From Actinomycetes bacterium (GTDB taxonomy: Bacteria > Actinomycetota > Acidimicrobiia > Acidimicrobiales > SZUA-35), in the NCBI GenBank assembly GCA_024280015.1, contig JAJRQY010000069.1, forward strand, positions 800 to 64,799: a stretch of DNA of 64,000 nucleotides, given 5' to 3'. This document shows, one piece after another, positions 37,115 to 46,798 of the stretch. The notes under the pieces are model-generated. The model had not been told where the DNA came from. It ran no database searches and saw nothing but the letters and a program-made list of their open reading frames with translations. Every line of letters begins with the position of its first letter. Position 1 is the stretch's first letter. A program made the translations under genes and the position numbers.

Positions 37115-39089
37115 TGACGGTGCTCGCGATCTCGGCGTGATCAGACTTGTGATCGTCATGTCCGTGGGGAAGATCAAGATCATCGGCAGGCTCAAGGGCC
37201 CAGCCGTACAGGCTAACGACCATGAGGAAGCCTCCAGGGATCGTCAACCATAGCGAGAAGATCAAGCCGTAGCCGATGAGGGGCAGCGAAGCGGCCAACA
37301 GGAGCGGCCAATAGGACGGCGCAGGAAGATGAACGCCTTCACCGTTGCCGGGCTGGGCAATGTCGGCACCATGAGCGACCTTGCGCAACTTGCCGTTCTC
37401 GTCCTCGGCATACTTCTGATGCCAGAAGTCATCAACGGAGACAATCTGCGGGTCATAGTCAAAGTTGTGTTCTGGGGCTGGACTCTGAATTGACCATTCG
37501 ATGGTACGGGCGTCCCAAGGATCAGGTCCCGGGTTCGGCTTGCCGGCCTTGTTCCACCGATACAGAGACAGGAAGACGTTGGTGATGAAGAGCAACACGC
37601 CTGATGCGAGGATGAAGGAACCAACGGTTGCCCAGAAGTTCCACAGGTTGAATCCCATGGCATCGTCATAGGTCTGCATCCTTCGCGGCATTCCCTGCAA
37701 TCCGAGAATGTGCATTGGCCCAAAGGTGAGGTTGAAACCAACGACCATGGTCCAGAAGTTCCACTTGCCCCACTTCTCATTCAGCATGTGGCCAAACACC
37801 TTCGGCCACCAGAAGTAGAAACCGGCCATGAAGCCGAAGAGGGCGCCACCAAAGAGCACATAGTGGAAGTGGGCCACAATGTAGTAGGTGTCAGTTTGCT
37901 GAGTGTCCGAGGGGGCCATGGCGTGAGTAACACCAGACAGGCCGCCGACGGTGAACTGGGTGATAAGTCCAATGGAGAACAACATGGCGGTGTTCAGGGT
38001 CAACTTGCCGCCCCACAAGGTGGCAACCCAATTCAGGATCTTCACACCGGTTGGCACGGCGATAAACATGGTGGAAAGAGCGAAGGCGGTAACCGACAAC
38101 GGTCCGATTCCAGAAACGAACATGTGGTGGGCCCACACACCGAAGCCCATGAAACCAATAGCAATGCCAGAAAAGACCATGAAGGGATAGCCGAAGATTG
38201 GTTTTCGGGCGAAGGTTGGGATGACCTCGGAGACAATGCCGAATGCAGGCAAGATCATGAGGTAAACCTCAGGATGGCCAAAGATCCAGAATAGGTGCTG
38301 CCACAAGAGCGGGTCTGCCCCTTGCTCGACGTTAAAGAAGTTGGCATCAAAGACCCGGTCCATCAACAACAAGACCTGAGCAACAGTGATGACGGGGATG
38401 GCGAACAGGAGAAGGAACTGGGTAACCAGGGACATCCACACGAAGATTGGCATCTTCATCAGGTCCATACCGGGGGCCCGCATGTTCAGGACCGTGGTAA
38501 TCAAATTGATGGCGCCGCTTAGAGAGGCAATGCCGGTGATCAGTAGTCCGACGTTCCAAAAGTCAATGCCGTGCGACGGTGAGTAGGCAACGCCATTGTT
38601 TGGTGCGTAGTTGAACCAGCCACCATCGGCACCTCCACCGAGGAACCAGCTGGAGTTCAGCATCAGCCCTCCGAGGAAGAAGCACCAGAAGCTGAAGGCG
38701 TTGATTCGGGGGAAGGCAACATCTCGGGCACCGATTTGCAAGGGCAACAAGAAGTTGGCAAAAGCAGCACCGATGGGCATCACCACCAAGAAGATCATGA
38801 TCGTGCCGTGCATGGTGTACACCTGGTTATAGGCATCTGCCGACAAGAAATTGCTATTTGGTGTAGCCAGCTGGATTCGAATGAGCAGGGCAGCAACCCC
38901 GCCAATCAGCATGAAGAATACGGCCGCTGAGCCATACATGATGCCGATCTTCTTGTGATCGACAGTCGTCAACCAGTCTTTCAGGCCAGTCTCTGACCGT
39001 GGCCGGGAGAAAACTCCAAGCGGATTGGCTACTCCAGGCTTGTCACCTTCGGGAAGGCTGTAGCGGAGGGGCTCGTTAAAGATCGCCAT
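37107..39089 (-). CDS. ctaD: Cytochrome c oxidase subunit I (A1 type)
   Basis: TMHG, GHPEVY, WAHH, HFHY, GMPRR. Confidence 0.97.
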   Translation of the reverse strand: MAIFNEPLRYSLPEGDKPGVANPLGVFSRPRSETGLKDWLTTVDHKKIGIMYGSAAVFFMLIGGVAALLIRIQLATPNSNFLSADAYNQVYTMHGTIMIFLVVMPIGAAFANFLLPLQIGARDVAFPRINAFSFWCFFLGGLMLNSSWFLGGGADGGWFNYAPNNGVAYSPSHGIDFWNVGLLITGIASLSGAINLITTVLNMRAPGMDLMKMPIFVWMSLVTQFLLLFAIPVITVAQVLLLMDRVFDANFFNVEQGADPLLWQHLFWIFGHPEVYLMILPAFGIVSEVIPTFARKPIFGYPFMVFSGIAIGFMGFGVWAHHMFVSGIGPLSVTAFALSTMFIAVPTGVKILNWVATLWGGKLTLNTAMLFSIGLITQFTVGGLSGVTHAMAPSDTQQTDTYYIVAHFHYVLFGGALFGFMAGFYFWWPKVFGHMLNEKWGKWNFWTMVVGFNLTFGPMHILGLQGMPRRMQTYDDAMGFNLWNFWATVGSFILASGVLLFITNVFLSLYRWNKAGKPNPGPDPWDARTIEWSIQSPAPEHNFDYDPQIVSVDDFWHQKYAEDENGKLRKVAHGADIAQPGNGEGVHLPAPSYWPLLLAASLPLIGYGLIFSLWLTIPGGFLMVVSLYGWALEPADDLDLPHGHDDHKSDHAEIASTVNV

Positions 39090-39103
39090 GGGATCAATAG
39101 CTC

Positions 39104-40384
39104 CTAATCGAGGGTCGCCAAGTAGGCGACGAGATTGTCAAGATCAATATCGGACAGGGTGTCGAAGGAGGGCATGCCGCGCCTGCCTTCGGCAAACATT
39201 GCCTTCCGGCTTGGCGCATCCTTGATCCACGCCAACACATCGGCCTCATTGAACTTGCCAATATCGGACAGATTCAGGTACTGGTCAGTGTCCAAGTTGT
39301 CATCATCGGGATCGATCCCGAAGTACTGACTGTAGGTGGCGCCAGCAAAGACACTTCGGCTAGCGAAGTGGGTCAGATTCGGGGCCGCGCCATTGAGCAG
39401 GTCAGCTTCGAAATCTTTGGGATACGCGTCTTGCAGATCCTGGTCGTCATTGCTGACAACATGGCAACGAGAGCACTGGGAGACAAAGACGTCATAGCCG
39501 GCACGTTCATCGGTGCCCTCGGCTGGGACTTCTGACGGCGCACTCTGTTCGGCCAACCACTGATCGAACTCGGCCTCAGGAAGCACAACGACGCTCATCC
39601 GCATTCGTGCATGGGACAGACCACAGAACTCGGTGCACCACCCGTTGTACTCGCCAGGCTCATCCGCATGGATTGACCAGTAGGTCAGGCGCCCGGGAAC
39701 GGTGTCTCGCTTTCCGTTGAGGCGCGGAATCCAGAAGGAGTGCACAACGTCGCGAGAGGTCAGGGTTAGGTCGACCTGTTGGCCTGCGGGAATGACCAGC
39801 TGATTGGGGACCGAAAGGTCATCGTCATCAAGCGCGATGTTGAGTGGCCATTCCTTGTCGTCCTGGTCGCCGGTTCCTTCGGGTCCATACAACTCGCCGT
39901 CACCATCGGCATCTTCGAAGAAGCCATCACCATCAATGTCATAGCGGTATTCCCACCACCACTGGTTGCCAATAACCATCACGTCAAGTTCGCCCGGCGC
40001 GTTGTCCTCTTCCAGCTGCCAGATGGTGTTGACCATGGGGACGGAGATGGCGGCCAAAAAGATGGCTGGGGCAATAGTCCAACCAAGTTCGGCCACCTTG
40101 TGGCCATGGACCTGGGCCGGGAGGTCGTTCTCATCATAGTCCTCGGGCTTGACTCGACCCTTGATGGTGAGGGCAATAGTACCGCCAACCACCAGTATGA
40201 AAACAACGAGGACAATCCACCAGATGTGGACCATGGAGTCATAGATGGTTTGAGCCTTCTTGCCGCGTGGCTCAAAGGTGTTGAGGGGCTTGTCGTCGGC
40301 GCACGAAGCGGCCAGCAACGTCAACGCCAAGAGGGTCACGCCACCGCGGACATTGAAACGTCGCAAGGGATTCCTTGAGGTCAT
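39104..40384 (-). CDS. ctaC: Cytochrome c oxidase subunit II with fused cytochrome c (caa3 type)
   Basis: Lipobox AASC; DVVHSF...CTEFCGLSHARM (CuA); CSRCH heme c motif. Confidence 0.95.
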   Translation of the reverse strand: MTSRNPLRRFNVRGGVTLLALTLLAASCADDKPLNTFEPRGKKAQTIYDSMVHIWWIVLVVFILVVGGTIALTIKGRVKPEDYDENDLPAQVHGHKVAELGWTIAPAIFLAAISVPMVNTIWQLEEDNAPGELDVMVIGNQWWWEYRYDIDGDGFFEDADGDGELYGPEGTGDQDDKEWPLNIALDDDDLSVPNQLVIPAGQQVDLTLTSRDVVHSFWIPRLNGKRDTVPGRLTYWSIHADEPGEYNGWCTEFCGLSHARMRMSVVVLPEAEFDQWLAEQSAPSEVPAEGTDERAGYDVFVSQCSRCHVVSNDDQDLQDAYPKDFEADLLNGAAPNLTHFASRSVFAGATYSQYFGIDPDDDNLDTDQYLNLSDIGKFNEADVLAWIKDAPSRKAMFAEGRRGMPSFDTLSDIDLDNLVAYLATLD

Positions 40385-40387
40385 GAG

Positions 40388-41179
40388 TTATTCGCCTTCA
40401 CCTTCGCCGTGGCCACCGTCATCAGCCCCATCGCTTACTCCCTGATGCTCAAAGTCTCGGATCCCTTTTTGGGCACCGAAGATACCGCCGCCGAGAATAG
40501 CCAGAGCACCGACGACCATGATGGTAGAGACAAGGCTTCGTGGCAGGTCCCGCTTGGACATCAGCACGGCAAGACCAAAGACGGTCAGGGTGACAATGGC
40601 GCCGATCACGACCGCAGCAACCGCTGAAACGGTAAGGAATACTCGGGAGCCGGCAATGGCAATGGTGCCGAACAACAGCATGCCAAGCATTGGAACCTCG
40701 ATTGGCCCAAGAACGCGCGAACGGATGATGGCATTGGCTTCGGGGTCACCAGATGCCCGGTCAGACCAAGCCGTGATCATCCACTCGATGGCCATGACGA
40801 CCAAGGTGAGGAGGCCAAGGACTAAGAAGGCCTTGCTCATGGCCAGGCCAATGATCAACAAGGCCACACCAAAGGCGGTGATGGGAGCCCAATAAACCGA
40901 GCTAAGGGTTGGCAGTGCGGGAACCGTTGAGACTCCAGCCGAATCGGCCATTGCTTGGGCATCACCGTCACGAGTAGCAATGCCAACCATGGCCAGAGCA
41001 AAGGTCACAAGGCTGGTAAAGATCAGGATGGTGTAACCAAGGTGAGCGCCGACGCCCCCCTTGTAGCCGACGCTGACCACACCAATCGGGTCACCGCCGG
41101 TGACTAAGCCGTAGACCATGGCACCAAGAAGCGCTGCTCCTGACAATGCCAATAGATATTTTGAACCCCAGGTGAGCAT
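40388..41179 (-). CDS. Membrane protein with a CtaF-like / CtaD C-terminal-like helix pair
   Basis: YWAPITAFGVALLIIGL resembles CtaD YWPLLLAASLPLIGYGL; stop lies 3 nt before ctaC. Confidence 0.6.
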   Translation of the reverse strand: MLTWGSKYLLALSGAALLGAMVYGLVTGGDPIGVVSVGYKGGVGAHLGYTILIFTSLVTFALAMVGIATRDGDAQAMADSAGVSTVPALPTLSSVYWAPITAFGVALLIIGLAMSKAFLVLGLLTLVVMAIEWMITAWSDRASGDPEANAIIRSRVLGPIEVPMLGMLLFGTIAIAGSRVFLTVSAVAAVVIGAIVTLTVFGLAVLMSKRDLPRSLVSTIMVVGALAILGGGIFGAQKGIRDFEHQGVSDGADDGGHGEGEGE

Positions 41180-41191
41180 CGTTTGACGGTC

Positions 41192-41809
41192 CTACTTGGT
41201 GATGTAGATGGCGTACCAAACAACGAGGTACAGCACAACGGCGACATTCCAGAACAGAGCAGCGCCATAAATGCCTTCAACATCTTTGGCGTTGTAGTTG
41301 CCACCTAAGGTACGCAATCCCATGACTATCACGTACAGCATTGCTGCGGCCATGATCAACATGTGGGCACCGATAAGGGCGTAGAACAAGGGGGGACGAG
41401 CCAGCTCGTCCCCGGCGGCAGGCATTCCCATAATCTCAAGTAAGAAGCCAGTCTGGGCAAGATAGGCGAAGCCAAAGACAACACAAAGCGACAAGGCAAT
41501 GTGGGTGTTTGCTCGGTCGTCATGGCGAATGGCTGATACAGCCCAGGCCATAGCCACCATGGACATGACCAGGGTGATGGCCATCATGTTGGGCTGGGTC
41601 AGGGGGATGGTGACTCCCTTTGGCAGCCAGATTTCGCCTTGGGCCAAGACCGCAGCCCGGCTCTGCACATAGATGCCAAGCAAGCCAGCCATGCCCATGG
41701 TTGCCGCCATGGCAGCTAGGGCGGTGCCGATCACCAACAAGCGAGGCCGAGAGGCCTCGGGTGCAGCAACAGTTTCGGGGAGGGCGTCGAAGACGGTGAT
41801 ATCGGTCAT
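41192..41809 (-). CDS. Divergent cytochrome c oxidase subunit III paralog
   Basis: FYALIGAHMLIM and ALFWNVAVVLYLVVWYAIY align by eye with CtaE FFTLTGFHGIHV and GLYWHFVDVVW. Confidence 0.78.
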   Translation of the reverse strand: MTDITVFDALPETVAAPEASRPRLLVIGTALAAMAATMGMAGLLGIYVQSRAAVLAQGEIWLPKGVTIPLTQPNMMAITLVMSMVAMAWAVSAIRHDDRANTHIALSLCVVFGFAYLAQTGFLLEIMGMPAAGDELARPPLFYALIGAHMLIMAAAMLYVIVMGLRTLGGNYNAKDVEGIYGAALFWNVAVVLYLVVWYAIYITK

Positions 41810-43485
41810 CAGGCTTCCTCTGCCTTGTTCGGCGTGGGTTGGCTCAGTACGGCCATACCGCTCGTTGACTCCATGACTGGTGCGGAAGCAAAGTTGCCAA
41901 GGGAGGGTGGTGAAGACGTGGTCCACTCAAGTGACTGCCCAGACCACGGTTCGGGTGTTGTTCCCGTTCCAAGTGCGGTGCGAGCCAGGTTGGCAAGAAA
42001 CACTAGAGCACCCAGGCCGAGTACAGCGAAGCCAATGGTGGCTAGCACATTGAGCACCTCCACCCCATCCTTTGGTCCAACACCGATGCCAGGAAGTGCT
42101 GGTTGCTCCAGCATGCCGCTGATGACATAGGCGCCGCCCCAGGCAATCGTGCCAGCAGAGACGAGCAAGATGCTCAGCATGCCTAGCTTGTCGTCCAGCG
42201 AACGGCCCCAAATCTTGTGACCCCAATGATGGACTGAGCTCACGATTCCGAGCAAGACCGCCCCGAGGATCAAACCACGAATGCCTTCGTGGAACGAAGA
42301 GTCGGCAAGGCGCAGGGCTGAGCTGACGTCGATCTCACTGTTTGAAGCATCGGCAACGAATTCGAGAATTGGTTCGATCAGCGCCAGGAGGGCAACGAGG
42401 GCGCCAACCGCAAGTAAGGCCATAGCGGCCATGCCAGCAACAAGCGGGGTGTTAGTGGCCGGCTTACCGTTCTTGACCGCATCAGCGGCCATGCCAAGGA
42501 GAAGGAGGATCGGAACCACGGCGGCAAGAACTCCGAGGACAAGCACGGCATTGTCAAACTCGATGGCTCGGCCACGACCTCCGAAAGTCAGGATGTCTGC
42601 CCCGAACGAAAGGACAAGTAACGAGCCGATCAAGGCAAGCGCTGGCTTGTGGAATCGGACCCTTGACTCGGATTGGGTCGCGACAACATCGAGTCCCATG
42701 CCCAGGACAGGAATGCCGACCCAGTACAGAGCCGGTGCCAGGCTGAGGCTATTGAGGATGGACAGCAGGGCTTGACGATCGACCTTGGTGGACAAGTAGT
42801 CAGCGCTGACATCGGCGTAGGCCAAGCCAAGCTCGCCAATCAGGATCGGGAGGGTGAGGAGCCCAAGAAGGGAGAAGACCAGGAATGACCAGGTGCTGAT
42901 TGGCACGTGTTCCAACCGCATGCCGATGGTTCGAGCACCGAGGATGGTGGTTGCGATGCAGACAAAGGCCCAGCAGAAACCGACAAGCATGGTTCCAAGG
43001 GCCAAGATCCACAGCAGGACGGCATCCTTGGAACCACCGGCTGGTCCGCCGTTGGCCACCACAGCCAAGATCAGGATTCCGGTAGCGAGAAGCCACGTCC
43101 AAAAGGCGCCAGCTGCCCCACGGCCAAAGGCGATGGCTGATGCGCCAACCTGGAGTGGTGTGAGGTAGGTGGCTAAGCCGATGAGGACGGGGATGACACC
43201 ACCAAAGAGCAGGAGGGTTCTTCCCGCTGACCAAGCTTGAACGAATTGTCCCTCGTCTTCAAACAATCCAACGGAGCCGAGGTCGATCAGTTCGATGCTG
43301 GCAATCGTGGACAAGACCAGAGCTAGGAGCACAAAGGCGGCGCCAGCACCAATCCACATCCGACCGATCGTCTTGTGATCGCTGGTGCTCAAGACGCGTT
43401 CCAGAGCGGGCCTGGCAGCGGAATCGGAGGTCTGGATTGAGTCAGTCGTTGAATCAGTCTCGGTGCGAGTTTGAGTCAATGCCAT
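41809..43485 (-). CDS. Heme-copper oxidase subunit I paralog lacking metal ligands
   Basis: TSDHKTIG, PLQVGA..IAF.R, TTILGAR..GM, W.HKIWG and PWSGQSLEWTTSSPP align with CtaD; His ligands absent. Confidence 0.82.
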   Translation of the reverse strand: MALTQTRTETDSTTDSIQTSDSAARPALERVLSTSDHKTIGRMWIGAGAAFVLLALVLSTIASIELIDLGSVGLFEDEGQFVQAWSAGRTLLLFGGVIPVLIGLATYLTPLQVGASAIAFGRGAAGAFWTWLLATGILILAVVANGGPAGGSKDAVLLWILALGTMLVGFCWAFVCIATTILGARTIGMRLEHVPISTWSFLVFSLLGLLTLPILIGELGLAYADVSADYLSTKVDRQALLSILNSLSLAPALYWVGIPVLGMGLDVVATQSESRVRFHKPALALIGSLLVLSFGADILTFGGRGRAIEFDNAVLVLGVLAAVVPILLLLGMAADAVKNGKPATNTPLVAGMAAMALLAVGALVALLALIEPILEFVADASNSEIDVSSALRLADSSFHEGIRGLILGAVLLGIVSSVHHWGHKIWGRSLDDKLGMLSILLVSAGTIAWGGAYVISGMLEQPALPGIGVGPKDGVEVLNVLATIGFAVLGLGALVFLANLARTALGTGTTPEPWSGQSLEWTTSSPPSLGNFASAPVMESTSGMAVLSQPTPNKAEEA

Positions 43486-43661
43486 GGTTGCGGGGGCCTC
43501 AGCGCGGTTCGGTGGATACAGGACGGATTTCGCTGCCGTCGAGAACGAGGCGGCAAGAACGAGCTGTCAGACAAAGGCCCAACGCATCGCGCGTCAGGCC
43601 CACCCAAACAGCAGGCTCGTACTCTAACCGCTCTAGAGTCAGGATCGGAAACTCTGCTCAT

Positions 43662-44567
43662 TCAGGTTCCCCAACCAACCAACATGTCGATGGCAACGGC
43701 GGCAAACAAGATGGTGAGATGGGTGATGGAGAAGCCAAAGTAGCGGATGGCTTTTTTCTCGAGAACCGCCGGATTCGTCTCTCGAACAAGATCCAGAGCA
43801 CCGCCGGAGAACATGGCTCCGACAACGACGGCCGAACCAACGTAGATCCAGCCCATATTGGCCACTGGCCACAAGGCAAGGCTGACAGCCCAGACAATGA
43901 GGGAGTAGACAAACATTTGACGGGCCGTCGACTTGTGCCCGGCTACCACCGGCATCATTGGAACTTCGGCCGCGGCATAGTCAGATTCGTAGCGGATGGC
44001 CAAAGCCCAGAAGTGTGGTGGGGTCCAAAAGAAAACCACCAAGAACAGCAGGACTGCGGGCCAGCCAACCGAGTTGGTGACCGCTGACCAGCCAATCAGT
44101 ACTGGAGCGGCACCAGCGACCCCGCCAATGACAATATTTTGAGTCGAGGTTCGTTTCAGCCAGATGGTGTACACGAACACATAGAAGAGGCAGGCAGCAA
44201 CGGCCAGGGCAGCGGAAAGCAGGTTTACGAAATGCCAGAGGTAGAAGAAAGCCACGATTTCTAGACCAATGGCGAAGATCAGTCCTTCTTGGGGCTGGAT
44301 CTCGCCAGTGACGAGCGGTCGCCCCTTCGTCCGTTCCATCTTGGCGTCAATATCTCGATCGACGTACATATTGATGGCGTTGGCGCCGCCGGCTGACAGT
44401 GAGCCACCAATGACCGTGTTGATCATGAGCCAGACAGAGGGCATGCCGCGTTCAGCCAGCACCATTGTCGGCACAGTACTGACAAGGAGTAATTCGATAA
44501 TTCGAGGTTTGGTAAGGGCGACGAATGCCCCCACCCTTGATCGGGTCACAGATGCGGTTAGAACCAC
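43662..44567 (-). CDS. ctaB: Protoheme IX farnesyltransferase (heme o synthase)
   Basis: ALTKPRI, DRDIDAKMERTKGRP, NIVIGG, WTPPHFWAL; start uncertain. Confidence 0.95.
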   Translation of the reverse strand: MVLTASVTRSRVGAFVALTKPRIIELLLVSTVPTMVLAERGMPSVWLMINTVIGGSLSAGGANAINMYVDRDIDAKMERTKGRPLVTGEIQPQEGLIFAIGLEIVAFFYLWHFVNLLSAALAVAACLFYVFVYTIWLKRTSTQNIVIGGVAGAAPVLIGWSAVTNSVGWPAVLLFLVVFFWTPPHFWALAIRYESDYAAAEVPMMPVVAGHKSTARQMFVYSLIVWAVSLALWPVANMGWIYVGSAVVVGAMFSGGALDLVRETNPAVLEKKAIRYFGFSITHLTILFAAVAIDMLVGWGT

Positions 44568-44723
44568 GGAACATAGGGTACCGAGCGATGTCAAGAGCAG
44601 ACGGTGCTGAGTTGTGAACTCTGGCCGGTCGCCGATTGTTCTTGCTTCTTGTTCTTGATGCGTCAATTCTTTCTGTGCTCCAGGGAGTAGAAGTTGCCCC
44701 TCTAGTCTCCGCTCCTTAGCGTT

Positions 44724-45800
44724 GTGGTGGTGACCATTGCCAATCCGGAGACGAGCCCTGAAGCGGCCACCGGCATTTCGGCCAACCGGTATCGCCAGAT
44801 CGTTGGTGTTGCTGGTGTTTTCCTGGTGCTGATTGTCCTCAGTGGCTCCGCCGTACGACTAACCCAAAGCGGTCTTGGGTGTGAAGACTGGCCGAAATGC
44901 TCCGAAGGCCAATTGGTGCCTGAGTGGGCCTTCCATAGCTGGATCGAATTTGGCAACCGCCTGATCTCCGGTGTCATTGGCGTCATTGTTATTGCCGCTG
45001 CCCTTGGTGCCTATCGGCGAGTTCCCCGACGACCTGACCTGTATCCCTGGGCCTGGGGTTTGGTTGCTGGAGTGCTGGCCCAAGTCGTTCTTGGGGGCAT
45101 GACGGTCTGGGTCGACCTGCATCCCCTCTTCGTGAGCGTGCACTTCCTCCTGTCAATCGTCTTGATCTGGAACGTCATGGTCTTGTGGCGCAAATCTGCT
45201 ATCGAAACTGATGCGGTTGAGACCAACGCGACTGAGACCGACTCGATCCTTCAGCAAGCCGCTGGCCAGTCTCCTTCAGCGCTCACACTGACTCCTTCAG
45301 CGCTCACACTGAATCTCAGCCGGGCAGTGATGGTTATGGCAACCGTGGTGCTCATGGTTGGCACCTTGGTCACCGGTACTGGACCCAATAGTGGTGACAG
45401 CCAGGCCCTTCGCCTGTCCTTTGATCTCCGTTCCATTGCCCAGGTGCATAGTGCAACGGCCTGGGTCCTGGTTGCTCTCATTGTTGCTTTGGCCTTTCAG
45501 TTGCGGTCACAAGCAGCAGCGACAAGGTTTGAGGGGTCTGGGGGCAAGACGCCTTTTGCCCAGGTCCAGGTCCTCCTTGCACTAACCGTGAGCCAGGGGG
45601 CGTTGGGGTACCTGCAATACGCACTCGGGGTCCCCGCTGGTCTGGTCGAGCTGCATGTTGCTGGCTCACTTGCGGTCTGGTGTGTCGCCCTGTGGTTGCA
45701 CCTAACTCTGGGAAGCATGACGTCAGCCGGAAGTGCCGTGACTAGCTCGACCTCAGCTATTGTCACCGACTCAGGCCTGACCCCCGGGGGTATTTCATGA
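44724..45800 (+). CDS. ctaA: Heme A synthase (COX15/CtaA)
   Basis: VRLTQSGLGCEDWPKC, IEFGNR and conserved His residues. Confidence 0.92.
   Translation: MVVTIANPETSPEAATGISANRYRQIVGVAGVFLVLIVLSGSAVRLTQSGLGCEDWPKCSEGQLVPEWAFHSWIEFGNRLISGVIGVIVIAAALGAYRRVPRRPDLYPWAWGLVAGVLAQVVLGGMTVWVDLHPLFVSVHFLLSIVLIWNVMVLWRKSAIETDAVETNATETDSILQQAAGQSPSALTLTPSALTLNLSRAVMVMATVVLMVGTLVTGTGPNSGDSQALRLSFDLRSIAQVHSATAWVLVALIVALAFQLRSQAAATRFEGSGGKTPFAQVQVLLALTVSQGALGYLQYALGVPAGLVELHVAGSLAVWCVALWLHLTLGSMTSAGSAVTSSTSAIVTDSGLTPGGIS
45271..45312 (+). repeat. In-frame 21-bp tandem duplication in ctaA (PSALTLT x2)
   Basis: CTCCTTCAGCGCTCACACTGA x2. Confidence 0.9.
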
Positions 45801-46120
45801 GTGAGATCACCGTGAGCAAAGTTCTCATGAGTGAAACCGCGCCGATGGAAGTCTTGTTGCCCGAGGGTGATGTGCTGGTCGATGAGGACCGTCCGTGGGC
45901 AGTCATTGTTTGGAACGACCCGATCAACCTGATGAACTATGTCAGCTTCGTCTTCCGCAAGTTGTTTGGATTCGGTCAGGCCAAAGCCGACAAGTTGATG
46001 CGTGATGTGCATGAGAAGGGTCGAGCCAATGTGGCAACAGGAACCCGCAGCGAGTGTGAGCGCCACGTTCATCAGCTTCACTCCCACGGGCTTTGGGCCA
46101 CCATGGAACACGATGAGTGA
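45797..46120 (+). CDS. clpS: ATP-dependent Clp protease adaptor ClpS
   Basis: VIVWNDPINLMNYV...LMRDVHEKG...GLWATME. Confidence 0.93.
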   Translation: MSEITVSKVLMSETAPMEVLLPEGDVLVDEDRPWAVIVWNDPINLMNYVSFVFRKLFGFGQAKADKLMRDVHEKGRANVATGTRSECERHVHQLHSHGLWATMEHDE

Positions 46121-46129
46121 GGGTGGCCC

Positions 46130-46693
46130 GTGAGCGACCATAAAGAGCAGCCATCTGGGGAGTCTGAGGACTCTGACGGGTTGGGGCCGGAGGAACTCGA
46201 ACAAGACAGTGAGGTGGTGTTCCGGCCTCTGGTCACCGCCTTGGATAGTGGCAGGTTCCGGATGGACTTTCCGGACAATCTTTGCCAGCTTTTGGTGTCT
46301 TTGGCTGAGGAGTTGGATGAGGTGCTGGACAGCGACTCACCGGACCTGACCCGCCTGTTTCCCACGGCCTACGCCGATGACCCAGACATGGATGCTGGCT
46401 ATCAGATCCTGGCTCGGGGCCAGCTGGTTGACCACCGCCGGGCTGCTATCGAGACCGTACGCGAATCGATGGACTCCAAGGAGTTGGATGAGGAGCAGCT
46501 GAACTCCTGGATGCTGGTCATCAACGATCTCCGCCTGGTGATCGGAACTCGGCTTGACGTGAGTGAAGACGACGAGCTGATGTTTGAGAGCCCCGATCCT
46601 GAGGATCCGAACAGCTATCTGACCGAGGTGTATCGGGTGCTCGGCTTCATGCTGGGCGACATTGTTGATGCCTTGACTGGTGCCCTCCCCTGA
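46130..46693 (+). CDS. DUF2017-family protein
   Basis: RLFPTAY...W...INDLRLVIGTRL; usual clpS neighbour in Actinobacteria. Confidence 0.85.
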   Translation: MSDHKEQPSGESEDSDGLGPEELEQDSEVVFRPLVTALDSGRFRMDFPDNLCQLLVSLAEELDEVLDSDSPDLTRLFPTAYADDPDMDAGYQILARGQLVDHRRAAIETVRESMDSKELDEEQLNSWMLVINDLRLVIGTRLDVSEDDELMFESPDPEDPNSYLTEVYRVLGFMLGDIVDALTGALP

Positions 46694-46798
46694 TCCTCGA
46701 CGAACCCCTGGACTAGCAAGAGACGGGTCCCCCTCGACTCGGGCTCGAGGCTGACTCAGTCGGGGCGCAATTCCGGCAGGTGATTCAGGCTGGATCAA

